Part shown: positions 20,146-29,806 of the stretch, one piece after another
Layout: each line of letters starts with the position of its first letter
Numbering within the stretch: the first letter of the stretch is position 1
Assembly: GCA_024698505.1 (NCBI GenBank)
Contig: JAILRE010000050.1
Location: 12,663-76,662, forward strand
Reading direction: 5' to 3'
Source of the DNA: Clostridiales bacterium
GTDB lineage: Bacteria; Bacillota; Clostridia; Christensenellales; CAG-138
Length of the DNA: 64,000 nucleotides
Position numbers and translations under genes: made by a program
Notes under the pieces: generated by a model
Database searches by the model: none
The model's input: the letters and a program-made list of their open reading frames with translations, nothing else
What the model was told of the DNA's origin: nothing

Positions 20146-22458
20146 ATGAAAAACAGGGATAAACAAAAAAAGCTAAAGCGATCGCGCGCAGGCCTTAAGA
20201 TAGGGTTCGGTCTGTTCCTCCTGCTCATAGGTTCAGCGCTCATTGCGGCGTCGTACGCGTTCAGGTTCGAAGAATGGCGCGACCTCGATCCGAAGCTGAT
20301 AACTGGCTGCCCGAAAAGCCTGCTCGTTTACGACAGGAACGGCGAGCTCGTCAGCGTTTTGGGAACCGAAAAGAGGATCTGGGTAGACTATGACAGGCTT
20401 AATAAGCACACCGTAGACGCTTTCGTATCCGTCGAGGACGCGCGTTTCTACACGCATAAGGGGATCGATCTCTACCGCATATTCGGCGCGGCTTGGGCGG
20501 ACCTCAAAGCCGGAAGCTACGTTCAGGGCGCTTCTACGATCAGCCAGCAGCTGATAAAGCTTTCTCATCTGTCCTCCGAGAAGACGATTGACAGGAAGCT
20601 CGAGGAGGCCGTGCTCGCGCTTCAGCTTGAAAAGGCTTTCGATAAAAACGAGATAATGGAGATGTACCTCAACTACATCTATTTCGGAGGCGGATACTAC
20701 GGCATAGAGGCGGCCTCGCTCGGCTATTTCGGAGTGCACGCCGAAGAATTGACTACGGCGCAGTCGGCGCAGCTTGCGGGAATACTGAAAAGCCCCTCCG
20801 CGTACGCCCCGCATATAGATCCCGAGGCTTCCCTTGCAAGGAGGAACACTGTGCTGAGGCTTATGCATGAAAACGGCTTCATAGACGACGCGGAGTATGG
20901 ATCGGCCAAAGCCGAGGAATGCATCCTCTCCTCCGCCATTCCCTCTTACAGGGGTCTTATTATCGACCGATCAATCGAAGAAGCCGCAGAAAAGATCGGG
21001 ATAACGCGCGAGGAACTGCTTACAGGCGGATACTCCGTTTATCTTGCCATGGACTCGAGGATAGAAGAATTCTGCCACAGGCTGATGGGCGAAAGCGAAA
21101 CATACCCTTCGGAAAAAGCTCAGGGAGCGCTCGTCGTTCTTAACAGGTCGGGAGGCATAGAAGCCGTTATCGGCGGCCGCGGAGAATACGATCCATCGGG
21201 CATAGACAGGGCTTCGGGGATAAAGCGTCAGCCCGGTTCGCTCATAAAGCCCGTTCTCGTCTACGCGCCTGCGATCGAGTACTTTGGGTACGGAACCGCT
21301 ACGATACTTAACGACGAGCCGACGAGCTTCGGTGACTACGCGCCGAGGAACTCGGACGATAAATACTACGGTAAAGTGACTCTGCGGACGGCCCTCGCCA
21401 AGTCGCTGAACGTTCCGGCCGTGAGCGTGCTTGCGGATATCGGTGTTGATTCAGGAGTGGCGTTCGCGTCCAAACTCGGCATCGATTTTGAAGGCGAAAA
21501 CATGGGGCTTCCGCTCGCTTTGGGCGGGTTCACGCACGGAGTATCGCCGCTTGAAATGGCCGGCGCATATTCGGCGTTCGCCAATGGCGGAGTATTCATT
21601 GCGCCCGCTTACGTCGACAGGATCGTTTCATCGACCGGCGAAACATTGTATCTCAGGGCCGTTTCCGGAGAACGCGTAATGAGCCGTGAAACCGCGTACG
21701 TTATTAATTCGATGCTTGAGACGGCTGCTTCGGAAGGAACGGCTAAAAGGCTTTCCGGGCTGGGCTTTCCCATTGCCGCAAAGACAGGAACCGCGATATA
21801 TGAAAACGGAGTGCGCGACGCCTGGTGCGCGGCGTACACTCCCGATTATACGGCGGTCATCTGGATGGGGACGGATTCCTCAAAGGAAGGCAGCCTGCCG
21901 GCGGAAGCTGTCGGCGGAAACCACACTGCGTCTGCGCTGTATAAGCTTTTCGATATGATAGGCAAGCTTTCCCCAACAAGCGATTTCACGGTCCCCGATG
22001 GGATAACGACAGTTGAGATCGACTTATCGGATATTGAAAACGGCAGGATATTTGCAGCTGGAGCAAACACTCCCGAAGAATACAAAGCCGAAGAGGTTTT
22101 CGTTTCGGGAACGGAACCGGATTCTGTCAATCCGTCCTTCATTCCGCCCTCTCCGCCGGACGAGTGCGGCTGGAGCATAGACGCGAAAGGCCGCCCCGTT
22201 ATCTCTTTCCGATCGGAAAGCGGGATATTGACTTACAGGATACTCCGCGCCGACGCCACGGGGAACGAGCAGGCGGTATGCGCGTTCTGCGGAAAGACGG
22301 GAAGTCTGAGCTTTACGGACAACAGCGCGATCCCCGGCGCGGTCTATACTTACAGGATAGTCGCCGTGCATCCCGTCCTGAAGGACGAAAACGGCTCGCC
22401 CCTAACGAGCGAGCCTTCGAGAAAGATGCGTGTCGTGACGCCCTTTATCGGTCAATAG
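20146..22458 (+). CDS. Class A penicillin-binding protein (transglycosylase/transpeptidase) with C-terminal beta-sandwich
   Basis: EDARFYTHKGID, GASTISQQLIK, RKLEE; transpeptidase motifs SLIK, SLN and KTG. Confidence 0.93.
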   Translation: MKNRDKQKKLKRSRAGLKIGFGLFLLLIGSALIAASYAFRFEEWRDLDPKLITGCPKSLLVYDRNGELVSVLGTEKRIWVDYDRLNKHTVDAFVSVEDARFYTHKGIDLYRIFGAAWADLKAGSYVQGASTISQQLIKLSHLSSEKTIDRKLEEAVLALQLEKAFDKNEIMEMYLNYIYFGGGYYGIEAASLGYFGVHAEELTTAQSAQLAGILKSPSAYAPHIDPEASLARRNTVLRLMHENGFIDDAEYGSAKAEECILSSAIPSYRGLIIDRSIEEAAEKIGITREELLTGGYSVYLAMDSRIEEFCHRLMGESETYPSEKAQGALVVLNRSGGIEAVIGGRGEYDPSGIDRASGIKRQPGSLIKPVLVYAPAIEYFGYGTATILNDEPTSFGDYAPRNSDDKYYGKVTLRTALAKSLNVPAVSVLADIGVDSGVAFASKLGIDFEGENMGLPLALGGFTHGVSPLEMAGAYSAFANGGVFIAPAYVDRIVSSTGETLYLRAVSGERVMSRETAYVINSMLETAASEGTAKRLSGLGFPIAAKTGTAIYENGVRDAWCAAYTPDYTAVIWMGTDSSKEGSLPAEAVGGNHTASALYKLFDMIGKLSPTSDFTVPDGITTVEIDLSDIENGRIFAAGANTPEEYKAEEVFVSGTEPDSVNPSFIPPSPPDECGWSIDAKGRPVISFRSESGILTYRILRADATGNEQAVCAFCGKTGSLSFTDNSAIPGAVYTYRIVAVHPVLKDENGSPLTSEPSRKMRVVTPFIGQ

Positions 22459-23330
22459 CGAAACATTATCTCCGCTTCGTGAACCGACGCATCATCCAAA
22501 GAGAATTTATAGCCGCGATCGGACTTATCGAGCTTGCCGTCCGCGCCGTCGAATTCGAGCGCAAGCTCAGAATCGGCATAAACGGTCAGTGTGAAAGAGG
22601 TGTCATACCAGAATCCGAAGAGGTAAAGCTCATCCTTTACGGGGCACCTGCCTGAGAACTCAAAGTAGATCTCGTTAGACTCGCCCTGTTTGAGCTCGTT
22701 CACGAACGGTATGGAAAGCTTCCCTTCGGAAATATCGAACGATGCGGGGGCTCCGTCCAAGGTGACGTTCGTGACGTCCATCCCGCCCGTCAGCAAAACG
22801 ACCTTATACAGCACGGAATCCGTGTTGTTGACGAATTCCAGCGCTGCGGATCCGCTGACCACGGCTTCCGCCTCGCCCGACGCGTTGAAGGCAAGGCCGC
22901 ATTCCATTATGACGAGCGCGCGGCTCGATTCATCCGATATCCTTACGGGGATCTCCGGATCGGGGGTCGCGGTGGGCTGTAAGGTCGGCTCATCCGAAGG
23001 CGCTTCCGTATCCTCCGGCGTTTCCGTAACCGCTTCCGGAGTATCGGTCGGCTGCTCTGCCCGGGGAGTGTCCGTCGGCTGAGCTTCAGGCGTTTCGCTC
23101 GGCGCTTCGGTGAGCGTTTCAGTAGGAGCGGATGTTGCTGGATGCGTCTGAGCAGCAGTTGGCGAAGCCGAATATGAGGCTTCATTATCTGGCGCGGGCT
23201 TATCTTTTTTGTGAAGCAGAGCAAACAAAACCAAGCCGGCAGCGATGACCGCGATCCCCGCGAGTATCGCTATCGGCACGATCTTTCTTATCTTTCTTCT
23301 GCGCTCTACGTTCTTCAAAACAAAACCCAA
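22452..23330 (-). CDS. Membrane-anchored Pro/Thr-rich protein with beta-rich C-terminal domain
   Basis: Basic N-terminus, one transmembrane helix, ~70-aa PTE/PTD-rich linker. Start codon uncertain. Confidence 0.65.
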   Translation of the reverse strand: MGFVLKNVERRRKIRKIVPIAILAGIAVIAAGLVLFALLHKKDKPAPDNEASYSASPTAAQTHPATSAPTETLTEAPSETPEAQPTDTPRAEQPTDTPEAVTETPEDTEAPSDEPTLQPTATPDPEIPVRISDESSRALVIMECGLAFNASGEAEAVVSGSAALEFVNNTDSVLYKVVLLTGGMDVTNVTLDGAPASFDISEGKLSIPFVNELKQGESNEIYFEFSGRCPVKDELYLFGFWYDTSFTLTVYADSELALEFDGADGKLDKSDRGYKFSLDDASVHEAEIMFRY

Positions 23331-23353
23331 GGGCGGGTCTCCCCGCCCTTTTT
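23329..23353 (-). terminator. Hairpin downstream of buk
   Basis: AAGGGCGGG-GAGA-CCCGCCCTT on the minus strand followed by GGGTTTTGTTTT. Confidence 0.55.
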
Positions 23354-23359
23354 CATCGA

Positions 23360-24433
23360 TCAGTCTTCAAGCTTGAATTCATGCGCCTGCTCTTCGCCCC
23401 TGAGCACCCTCAGGCCGCCCGCGGCAAGCGCTTCCATCTCATACTCGCCCGCCATTATCTCAACGGGAGCGATCCACTCGATCCTGTTCTTGAGCATATC
23501 GGTGAAGAGCTTGGAATACGCAAGACCGCCGGTTATGACGATCCTGTCGACCTTGCCGTTTACCGCCGCGGCAAGCTCCGCAATGCCCTTGGCGTGGGAG
23601 AGCGCCATTGCTTCGTAAAGGAGTTTTGCCTGCTCGTTGCCGTCCGCGATCATTCGCTCGATCTCAAGTCCGTCGCTGGTGCCAAGATACGCCTTAAGGC
23701 CGGAGTTGCCCCTGATATAACGGCTCATCTCCTCCTTGGTGTACTTGCCGCTGTAGCAGAGCATCGCAAGATCCATCGCCTGCAGCCTGCCGCACCTTTC
23801 GGGAGCAAAGCCCGCGTCGTCGTCGGAATAGCAGTCGATCAGCCTTCCCTTATGGGAAAGCCAAGCGGAGCAGCCGCCGCCGATATGCAGAACGATTATG
23901 GTGCAGTCCTCAAGCTTTTTGCCGAGTATCTCCTCGGCGCACTTCCTCGCCATGGCGCGGCTGTTCAGAACGTGACCGCGGCTCTTTTTGGGGATCTCGG
24001 GCATGCCGGTGATCCTGGAGATCCTGTCAAGCTCGTCGACGGCGACGGGATCGTAGACCATCGCGGGTATGCCGAGAGGCCTCGCGATCGCATCCGCAAG
24101 CACGCAGGCGAGGTTCGAGATATGCGTATCGACCTTGGCGGCATAGAAATAATCGATCATGTCGCGGTTAATCTTGAACGCTCCGGAGGGCACGGGAGGA
24201 AGCAGACCGCCCCTTGCCATGACGCAGGTAAGCGTCTCCTTTTCTATACCGTTCTCCTTCAGCGCCTTTTCGATGAGCGCCATACGGTAATCGAACTGAT
24301 CCATGACCCACTTGAAATGCTTGACCTCTTCAAGAGGATGCCTTACCGTGACGGCCATGATGCGCTGATCGTCATCGAAAACGGCGAGCTTTGTGGAAGT
24401 GGAGCCAGGATTTATAACCAAAATTCTTTCCAT
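23360..24433 (-). CDS. buk: Butyrate kinase
   Basis: INPGSTSTK, RGGLL, DPVAVDEL, HIGGG, PERCG, TGGLA, GEYEMEALA. Confidence 0.92.
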   Translation of the reverse strand: MERILVINPGSTSTKLAVFDDDQRIMAVTVRHPLEEVKHFKWVMDQFDYRMALIEKALKENGIEKETLTCVMARGGLLPPVPSGAFKINRDMIDYFYAAKVDTHISNLACVLADAIARPLGIPAMVYDPVAVDELDRISRITGMPEIPKKSRGHVLNSRAMARKCAEEILGKKLEDCTIIVLHIGGGCSAWLSHKGRLIDCYSDDDAGFAPERCGRLQAMDLAMLCYSGKYTKEEMSRYIRGNSGLKAYLGTSDGLEIERMIADGNEQAKLLYEAMALSHAKGIAELAAAVNGKVDRIVITGGLAYSKLFTDMLKNRIEWIAPVEIMAGEYEMEALAAGGLRVLRGEEQAHEFKLED

Positions 24434-24454
24434 CGGTAAACACCTTTCGGATCA

Positions 24455-24497
24455 TTGAAAGGCGGGGCCGAAGCGCAGCGTTTCGCCCCGTCTTCAA
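24455..24497. other. Intercistronic stem-loop between ptb and buk
   Basis: TTGAAAGGCGGGGC...GCCCCGTCTTCAA imperfect inverted repeat. Confidence 0.45.
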
Positions 24498-24531
24498 GTA
24501 ATCAATTGCTGTTTATGCGATCCTCTCGGGA

Positions 24532-25428
24532 TCAGTTTACGAAGCCCGCGCCGAGAGCGAGGGAATAATACTTCTCCTCCGCGCTGGAGCCGCGGGAAGC
24601 GAGCACGATGGGGACCTTGCAGCCCATAATGAGACCGGCCATCCTGCCGCCCGCCGTATAGACGAGCGCCTTGCCGAGGACGTTGCCGACTACGATCTCG
24701 GGAACGAGAAGGATATCGAAATCGCCGACGCAGGGGCAGTCATAGCCCTTGATGGCGGAAAGCTCGGGGACCATGGCAAGGTCGTAAGAGATGGGGCCTT
24801 CAACGTAGCAGGAGGGAAGCTCGCCCTCAAGGCTCATGCGCTTGAGCTCGGCGGCGTCGACGGTCTCCTGCATTTTGGGATTGATGGTCTCGATCGCGCA
24901 GAGAGCGGCCACGTTGGGCTTCTCGTAACCGAGCTTATGGAAGAATTCAACGGCGTTCTTGACGATCTTGATCTTCTTGTCAAGATCGGGATAGGTGCAC
25001 ATGCCGCCGTCGGTGACGCAGATGAGCTTGTGATAGCCGGGGACCTCGACCATCATGCAGTGGCTCATAAGGGAGCCGGTGCGAAGATCGGCTTCGGGAT
25101 TCAGAACGCCCTTGAGCATCTGACCGGTCATGATCTTGCCCTTCATGAGGAAGTCCGCTCTGCCCTCCTTGATGAGCTTAGCGGCGCATACGCTGGGATG
25201 CATTCCTTCGGGGACCTCGACAATCTCGAATTCCTTGGGATCCTGACCGAGGGATACGAGCACGGCCTCGATCTTCTCCCTGTCGCCGACGAGAACGGAA
25301 TCAACGAGATCCCTGGCGTGGATAACGGCCTCGAGAGCATGAGCGTCATCGGCGCAGACGAGAGCGACGGTGCGGCGCTTGCCGGTCTTGACTTTAGCAA
25401 CGAGTTCATCGAAATTGGTGATAGCCAT
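24532..25428 (-). CDS. ptb: Phosphate butyryltransferase
   Basis: ADFLMKG, LMSH, TDGGM, VEGPISYDLA, GNVLGK, PIVLASR; adjacent to buk. Confidence 0.9.
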   Translation of the reverse strand: MAITNFDELVAKVKTGKRRTVALVCADDAHALEAVIHARDLVDSVLVGDREKIEAVLVSLGQDPKEFEIVEVPEGMHPSVCAAKLIKEGRADFLMKGKIMTGQMLKGVLNPEADLRTGSLMSHCMMVEVPGYHKLICVTDGGMCTYPDLDKKIKIVKNAVEFFHKLGYEKPNVAALCAIETINPKMQETVDAAELKRMSLEGELPSCYVEGPISYDLAMVPELSAIKGYDCPCVGDFDILLVPEIVVGNVLGKALVYTAGGRMAGLIMGCKVPIVLASRGSSAEEKYYSLALGAGFVN

Positions 25429-25482
25429 TTAATTGTTCCTCCTTGTATTGCATAAGAGCGTAAGCTCCCTTTTATCTTTTCT

Positions 25483-25511
25483 ATTTTACTATCTTTTGCC
25501 CTTCATGGCAA
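25483..25511 (-). promoter_or_regulatory. SigA-type promoter for ptb-buk
   Basis: On the minus strand, TTGCCA-17 bp-TAAAAT. Confidence 0.6.
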
Positions 25512-25581
25512 CACAAAAAGGCGATATATTTGCGGCGTATTGAAAAATCTCCGCCGTTGCGAAGAAAACAGCAAAGTATAT

Positions 25582-25610
25582 TTGCATTGAGGCGTAAGGT
25601 GTTATATAAT
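25582..25610 (+). promoter_or_regulatory. SigA-type promoter for the ecf-truA operon
   Basis: TTGCAT-17 bp-TATAAT. Confidence 0.65.
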
Positions 25611-25641
25611 AATTTGATTAATTATGTACAGAGGGAACTCT

Positions 25642-26469
25642 ATGCTTTCGATTAAAAATGTAAGCTTCACATACGACAGCGGTACTCCCGCCCTCTCGGA
25701 CGTTTCGCTCGAGATCAAGGACGGCGAGTTCGTCTGCATCGTCGGTCATAACGGAAGCGGAAAATCGACCCTGGCAAAGCTGTTCAACGGTCTGCTCCTC
25801 CCCTCCTCCGGCACCGTCGAGGTCAACGGCATGGACACGGCCGACGATGAAAAAACGCTCGATATCAGGCGGCTCGTCGGAATGGTCTTCCAGAATCCCG
25901 ACAACCAGATCGTCACGACCGTCGTCAGAGAGGACGTCGCTTTCGGCCCGGAGAATCTCGGCATACCCACGGACGAGATGATAATAAGGGTCGATGAGGC
26001 GCTTAAAGCGGTCGGCATGGAAAGCTACGCCGAATCCGCGCCGCACATGCTCTCCGGCGGTCAGAAGCAGAGGATCGCGATAGCGGGCATGCTCGCCATG
26101 GAGCCCGAGATACTCGTTCTCGACGAGGCCACGGCGATGCTCGATCCCATGGGAAGAGCGGACATAATAAGGATCGTCCGCGATCTCAACCGCGAAAAGC
26201 ACATCACCGTTATTATGATAACCCAGTATATGGAGGAGGCCGTCGGAGTCGACCGCGTGATCGTCATCAACAACGGCTCCATCGAAATGGACGGAACGCC
26301 CGCGGAGATATTCTCCCACGGGGACGAGCTAAGAGCCATCGGGCTCGACGTCCCCCCCGCCGTAGAGCTCCGCGAGCTTTTGAAAAGCAGGGGCATTGCC
26401 GACTGCGGCAGCGCCATGACACTTGAGGAGATCTCCGATAATCTATGCCGATCGTTATTGAAAAACTGA
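25642..26469 (+). CDS. ecfA1: ECF transporter ATPase A1
   Basis: GHNGSGKST, FQNPDNQ, LSGGQKQR, LDEATAMLD. Confidence 0.93.
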   Translation: MLSIKNVSFTYDSGTPALSDVSLEIKDGEFVCIVGHNGSGKSTLAKLFNGLLLPSSGTVEVNGMDTADDEKTLDIRRLVGMVFQNPDNQIVTTVVREDVAFGPENLGIPTDEMIIRVDEALKAVGMESYAESAPHMLSGGQKQRIAIAGMLAMEPEILVLDEATAMLDPMGRADIIRIVRDLNREKHITVIMITQYMEEAVGVDRVIVINNGSIEMDGTPAEIFSHGDELRAIGLDVPPAVELRELLKSRGIADCGSAMTLEEISDNLCRSLLKN

Positions 26470-27305
26470 CATACACGTATCAAAGCGGCAGCGTCAACGC
26501 CTTTACCGCGATTATGGACGTCAGCCTTACGATACACGACGGTGAATTCGTCGGGCTGATCGGCCATACCGGAAGCGGCAAATCGACGCTCATACAGCAG
26601 CTTAACGGGCTCATGCAGCCGACGAGCGGAAAGGTGCTCGTCGACGGATTCGACATGAGCGACAAGAAACAGCGCGCCAAGGGCAGGGCTCTCGTCGGCA
26701 TGGTTTTCCAGTACCCGGATTATCAGCTTTTCGACGAGACCGTCTACAAGGATATCAGCTTCGGCCCCAAGAACATGAAGCTCGCGCCGGACGAGATCGA
26801 TCGCCGCGTGCGCGAGGCCATGCGCCTTGTGGGGCTTGATTTCGATGAATTCGCCGAAAAATCCCCCTTCGAGCTCTCCGGCGGAGAAAAGCGCAGGACG
26901 GCCCTCGCGGGGATAATCGCGATGTACCCGAAGTACCTCGTGCTCGACGAGCCGATGGCCGGTCTCGATCCCGCGGGCAGAAGAGCCGTTCTCGCCATGA
27001 TAGACGATTTCAGAAAACAGCTCGGCTGCGCCGTCGTGATGGTGAGCCATTCCATGGACGACATAGCAAGATCCGCCGACAAGGTTATTGTTCTCAGGGA
27101 CGGGGCGATCTTCGCAAGCGGCACTCCCGCCGAGATATTCTCCAGATCCGACGAACTGTACGAAATGGGGCTCGAGCCTCCGTTCGCAGCGAGGATGGCT
27201 TCGGAGCTTAAGCGTCACGGTTTCCGCCTGCCCGGCGGCATCTACACGAACGAAGCTCTTGCGGACGCGCTTGCCGCATACAAGGGGGGTGACCTTAATG
27301 TTTAA
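26445..27305 (+). CDS. ecfA2: ECF transporter ATPase A2
   Basis: GHTGSGKST, FQYPDYQLF, SPFELSGG. Confidence 0.93.
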   Translation: MPIVIEKLTYTYQSGSVNAFTAIMDVSLTIHDGEFVGLIGHTGSGKSTLIQQLNGLMQPTSGKVLVDGFDMSDKKQRAKGRALVGMVFQYPDYQLFDETVYKDISFGPKNMKLAPDEIDRRVREAMRLVGLDFDEFAEKSPFELSGGEKRRTALAGIIAMYPKYLVLDEPMAGLDPAGRRAVLAMIDDFRKQLGCAVVMVSHSMDDIARSADKVIVLRDGAIFASGTPAEIFSRSDELYEMGLEPPFAARMASELKRHGFRLPGGIYTNEALADALAAYKGGDLNV

Positions 27306-28155
27306 GGACATCACTCTCGGGCAATACTTCCCCGTCGATTCCGTCGCTCACCGTCTGGATCCCAGAACGAAGCTCGTTCTTTTGATACTCTACATCGTCG
27401 CGGTGTTCATAGTTAAGGACATCTGGGTCTTCGGCTTTATAATCGCGTTCATGCTCTTCATGACGGCAATGAGCAAGGTGCCTCTCAACTACGTGCTCAA
27501 GGCCATAAAGCCGATGAAGCTGCTCCTGCCGCTGATGTTTCTGCTGAACCTCTTCATGATAAAGTCAGGGCACATACTCTTTTCATGGAAGTTCATCACC
27601 GTCACGACAGGCGGATTGAGGCAGGCGCTGTTCATAGTGCTCCGTCTTATCGCGCTCGTCACCGGCGCTTCTCTGCTCACGCTGACGACCACGCCCGTAT
27701 CGCTCACCGAAGGTCTTGAAAGGCTGCTTTCCCCGCTGAAGGCGGTGAAGTTCCCCGTGCACGAGCTCGCCATGATGATGACTATCGCGCTGAGGTTCAT
27801 CCCCACCCTGCTCGAAGAGGCCGACAAGATCATGAAGGCTCAGCTTGCCAGGGGCGCCGATCTTGAAAGCGGAAACATATTCAAGAAGGCGAAGGCGATG
27901 ATACCCATACTTATACCGCTCTTCGTCAATTCGTTCCGCAGGGCCGAGGAGCTTGCGCTTGCTATGGAGAGCCGCTGTTACCACGGCGGCGAGGGCCGCA
28001 CGAGGCTGAAGGTGCTGAAGTTCCACATGCGCGATCTTTGGGCGGTGCTGATATTCGCCGCGCTTATCGCCGTCGTTGTGATACTCCAGAACACCTTCCC
28101 GATCGACAGATACGCAGCCGACCTCATATTGGGGCTGCTCGGCAAAAAGCAATGA
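27298..28155 (+). CDS. ecfT: ECF transporter transmembrane component T
   Basis: MFKDITLGQY, LDPRTK, ALRFIPTL, AQLARG, AMESRCY. Start moved to the ATG at 27298. Confidence 0.93.
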   Translation: MFKDITLGQYFPVDSVAHRLDPRTKLVLLILYIVAVFIVKDIWVFGFIIAFMLFMTAMSKVPLNYVLKAIKPMKLLLPLMFLLNLFMIKSGHILFSWKFITVTTGGLRQALFIVLRLIALVTGASLLTLTTTPVSLTEGLERLLSPLKAVKFPVHELAMMMTIALRFIPTLLEEADKIMKAQLARGADLESGNIFKKAKAMIPILIPLFVNSFRRAEELALAMESRCYHGGEGRTRLKVLKFHMRDLWAVLIFAALIAVVVILQNTFPIDRYAADLILGLLGKKQ

Positions 28156-28562
28156 AGCCCGACGCCAAAACGAGAAGGACGATGCTCATGATCGCGGCCG
28201 CGCTGCTTGCGGCGGCGGCGATATGGCTAATTCTTCTCGAAAGCAAAAGCTACTCCAGAGCCGTATGCAGAAGGATAAACGAATTCGGGTACAATGTCTC
28301 CCCTTCCGACTTCTACACACAGGGATACGGCGTCAACACGAGCATTGCCGAGGTAGTGAAGGAAGACCTCGCCGTGATAATCAGGCAGAGCCGGGCCTGC
28401 GGCTTTTCCGCAGACGTTAACAAGGTCGGAGCCGTCGAACTCATGCTCTGCAAATTGGACGATACGAGAGTATTGTTCGTCTATCTCGTCGATAAGGAGC
28501 CAGAGCTCGTGTTTATTGAGGACACAGAAACTAAAGAAACCTTCCCGCTTGCAGATAAATGA
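28152..28562 (+). CDS. Hypothetical protein with N-terminal membrane anchor
   Basis: ATGA overlaps with ecfT upstream and truA downstream; hydrophobic helix near the N-terminus. Confidence 0.7.
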   Translation: MKPDAKTRRTMLMIAAALLAAAAIWLILLESKSYSRAVCRRINEFGYNVSPSDFYTQGYGVNTSIAEVVKEDLAVIIRQSRACGFSADVNKVGAVELMLCKLDDTRVLFVYLVDKEPELVFIEDTETKETFPLADK

Positions 28563-29323
28563 GACGCATCGCGCTTATAATCGAATATGACGGCACGAAT
28601 TACGTCGGCTGGCAGGTCCAGCCTAACGGGATCACCGTTCAGCAGGTGATAGACGACGCCTTTGAAAAGCTTATCGGCGAGCGTCCCGTACTGCACGCCT
28701 CCGGCCGCACGGACAGCGGCGTCCACGCGAGGGCGCAGGTCGCGCATTTCGATACCGAATGCCGCATACCTGACGACAAGTTCTGCTACGCTCTCAATAC
28801 GAGGCTGCCTTCGGACGTCCGCATAAAGGCGAGCTTCGAGGTCCCCTCGGATTTCCATGCGAGATTCTGTGTTAAGGAAAAGCATTACGTCTATACGATC
28901 AACAACGCGAAGCACGCTTCTGCTTTCACGAGGAACACCGCTCTCCACGTTCACTACCCGCTCGACCTCGACAGGCTGAACGAAGCTGCCTCGTATTTTC
29001 TGGGTACTCACGATTTCAACGCCTTCCGTTCGTCCGGAAGCTGCTCGACTTCAACCGAAAGGACGATCTTCGTTTCCGAATGGGAAAAGGAAGGCAGCTG
29101 CCTCAGATACCACGTTGCGGGAAGCGGCTTCCTTTACAACATGGTGAGGATAATGACCGGCACCATGCTGAGGATCGGCCTCGGCTTCGAAAGCCCGGAA
29201 ACGGTAAAGGAGGCGCTTGCAAACCCCAGCCGCGAATTTGCCGGGGATACCGCGCCAGCCCACGGGCTGACCCTTTGGCGAGTGGTCTACGATCTCTTCG
29301 ATACGGAAGATCATCTTGAATAG
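28559..29323 (+). CDS. truA: tRNA pseudouridine(38-40) synthase
   Basis: EYDGTNYVGWQ, SGRTDSGVHA, FHARF, GFLYNMVR. Confidence 0.96.
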   Translation: MRRIALIIEYDGTNYVGWQVQPNGITVQQVIDDAFEKLIGERPVLHASGRTDSGVHARAQVAHFDTECRIPDDKFCYALNTRLPSDVRIKASFEVPSDFHARFCVKEKHYVYTINNAKHASAFTRNTALHVHYPLDLDRLNEAASYFLGTHDFNAFRSSGSCSTSTERTIFVSEWEKEGSCLRYHVAGSGFLYNMVRIMTGTMLRIGLGFESPETVKEALANPSREFAGDTAPAHGLTLWRVVYDLFDTEDHLE

Positions 29324-29370
29324 AGCGTTTGTCCGTTTTCCCAAGCTCCGCCTCATTTTGGCGAAAGCAC

Positions 29371-29399
29371 TTGCGCAAAGCGGATAAATGTTGTAGAAT
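29371..29399 (+). promoter_or_regulatory. SigA-type promoter for yloU-fakA-recG
   Basis: TTGCGC-17 bp-TAGAAT. Confidence 0.55.
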
Positions 29400-29429
29400 A
29401 AAGTGTAAAATCATATTCGGAGGTGTATT

Positions 29430-29786
29430 ATGCCTGCTAACATTCTTTATGATCTTGGCACCGTAACGCTCACCGACGATCTCATCGCGACGATCGCCGG
29501 CACCGCCGCCGTTGAAAACTACGGCATAGTTGCCATGAACAGCAAGAGCGCTACCGACGCGATACTTCAGCTCGTCGGAAGCGATAATATGAAACGCGGC
29601 GTCAAAGTCACTATACTTAACGACGGAACCACGATAGATATCGACCTTCACGTTACCGTAATGTACGGCGTATCCCTTCCCGTTGTAGCGCAGAACGCCG
29701 TCAGCAACGTCAAGTACCGTGTTGAGGATCTCACCGGTCTCCACGTCCGCAACGTCAACATATTCGTGGAATCCATCAAAGTCTGA
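29430..29786 (+). CDS. Asp23/Gls24 family protein (YloU-like)
   Basis: IATIAGTAAVENYGIVAM...IDLHVTVMYGV; precedes the DAK2 gene. Confidence 0.9.
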   Translation: MPANILYDLGTVTLTDDLIATIAGTAAVENYGIVAMNSKSATDAILQLVGSDNMKRGVKVTILNDGTTIDIDLHVTVMYGVSLPVVAQNAVSNVKYRVEDLTGLHVRNVNIFVESIKV

Positions 29787-29806
29787 CGCCGAAGGAGTGC
29801 TTTGTT

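Noticed and set aside
23360-25428. ptb-buk as proof of butyrate production
   Set aside because: Several Buk motifs are divergent and these enzymes also act on branched-chain acyl substrates; specificity cannot be read from sequence.
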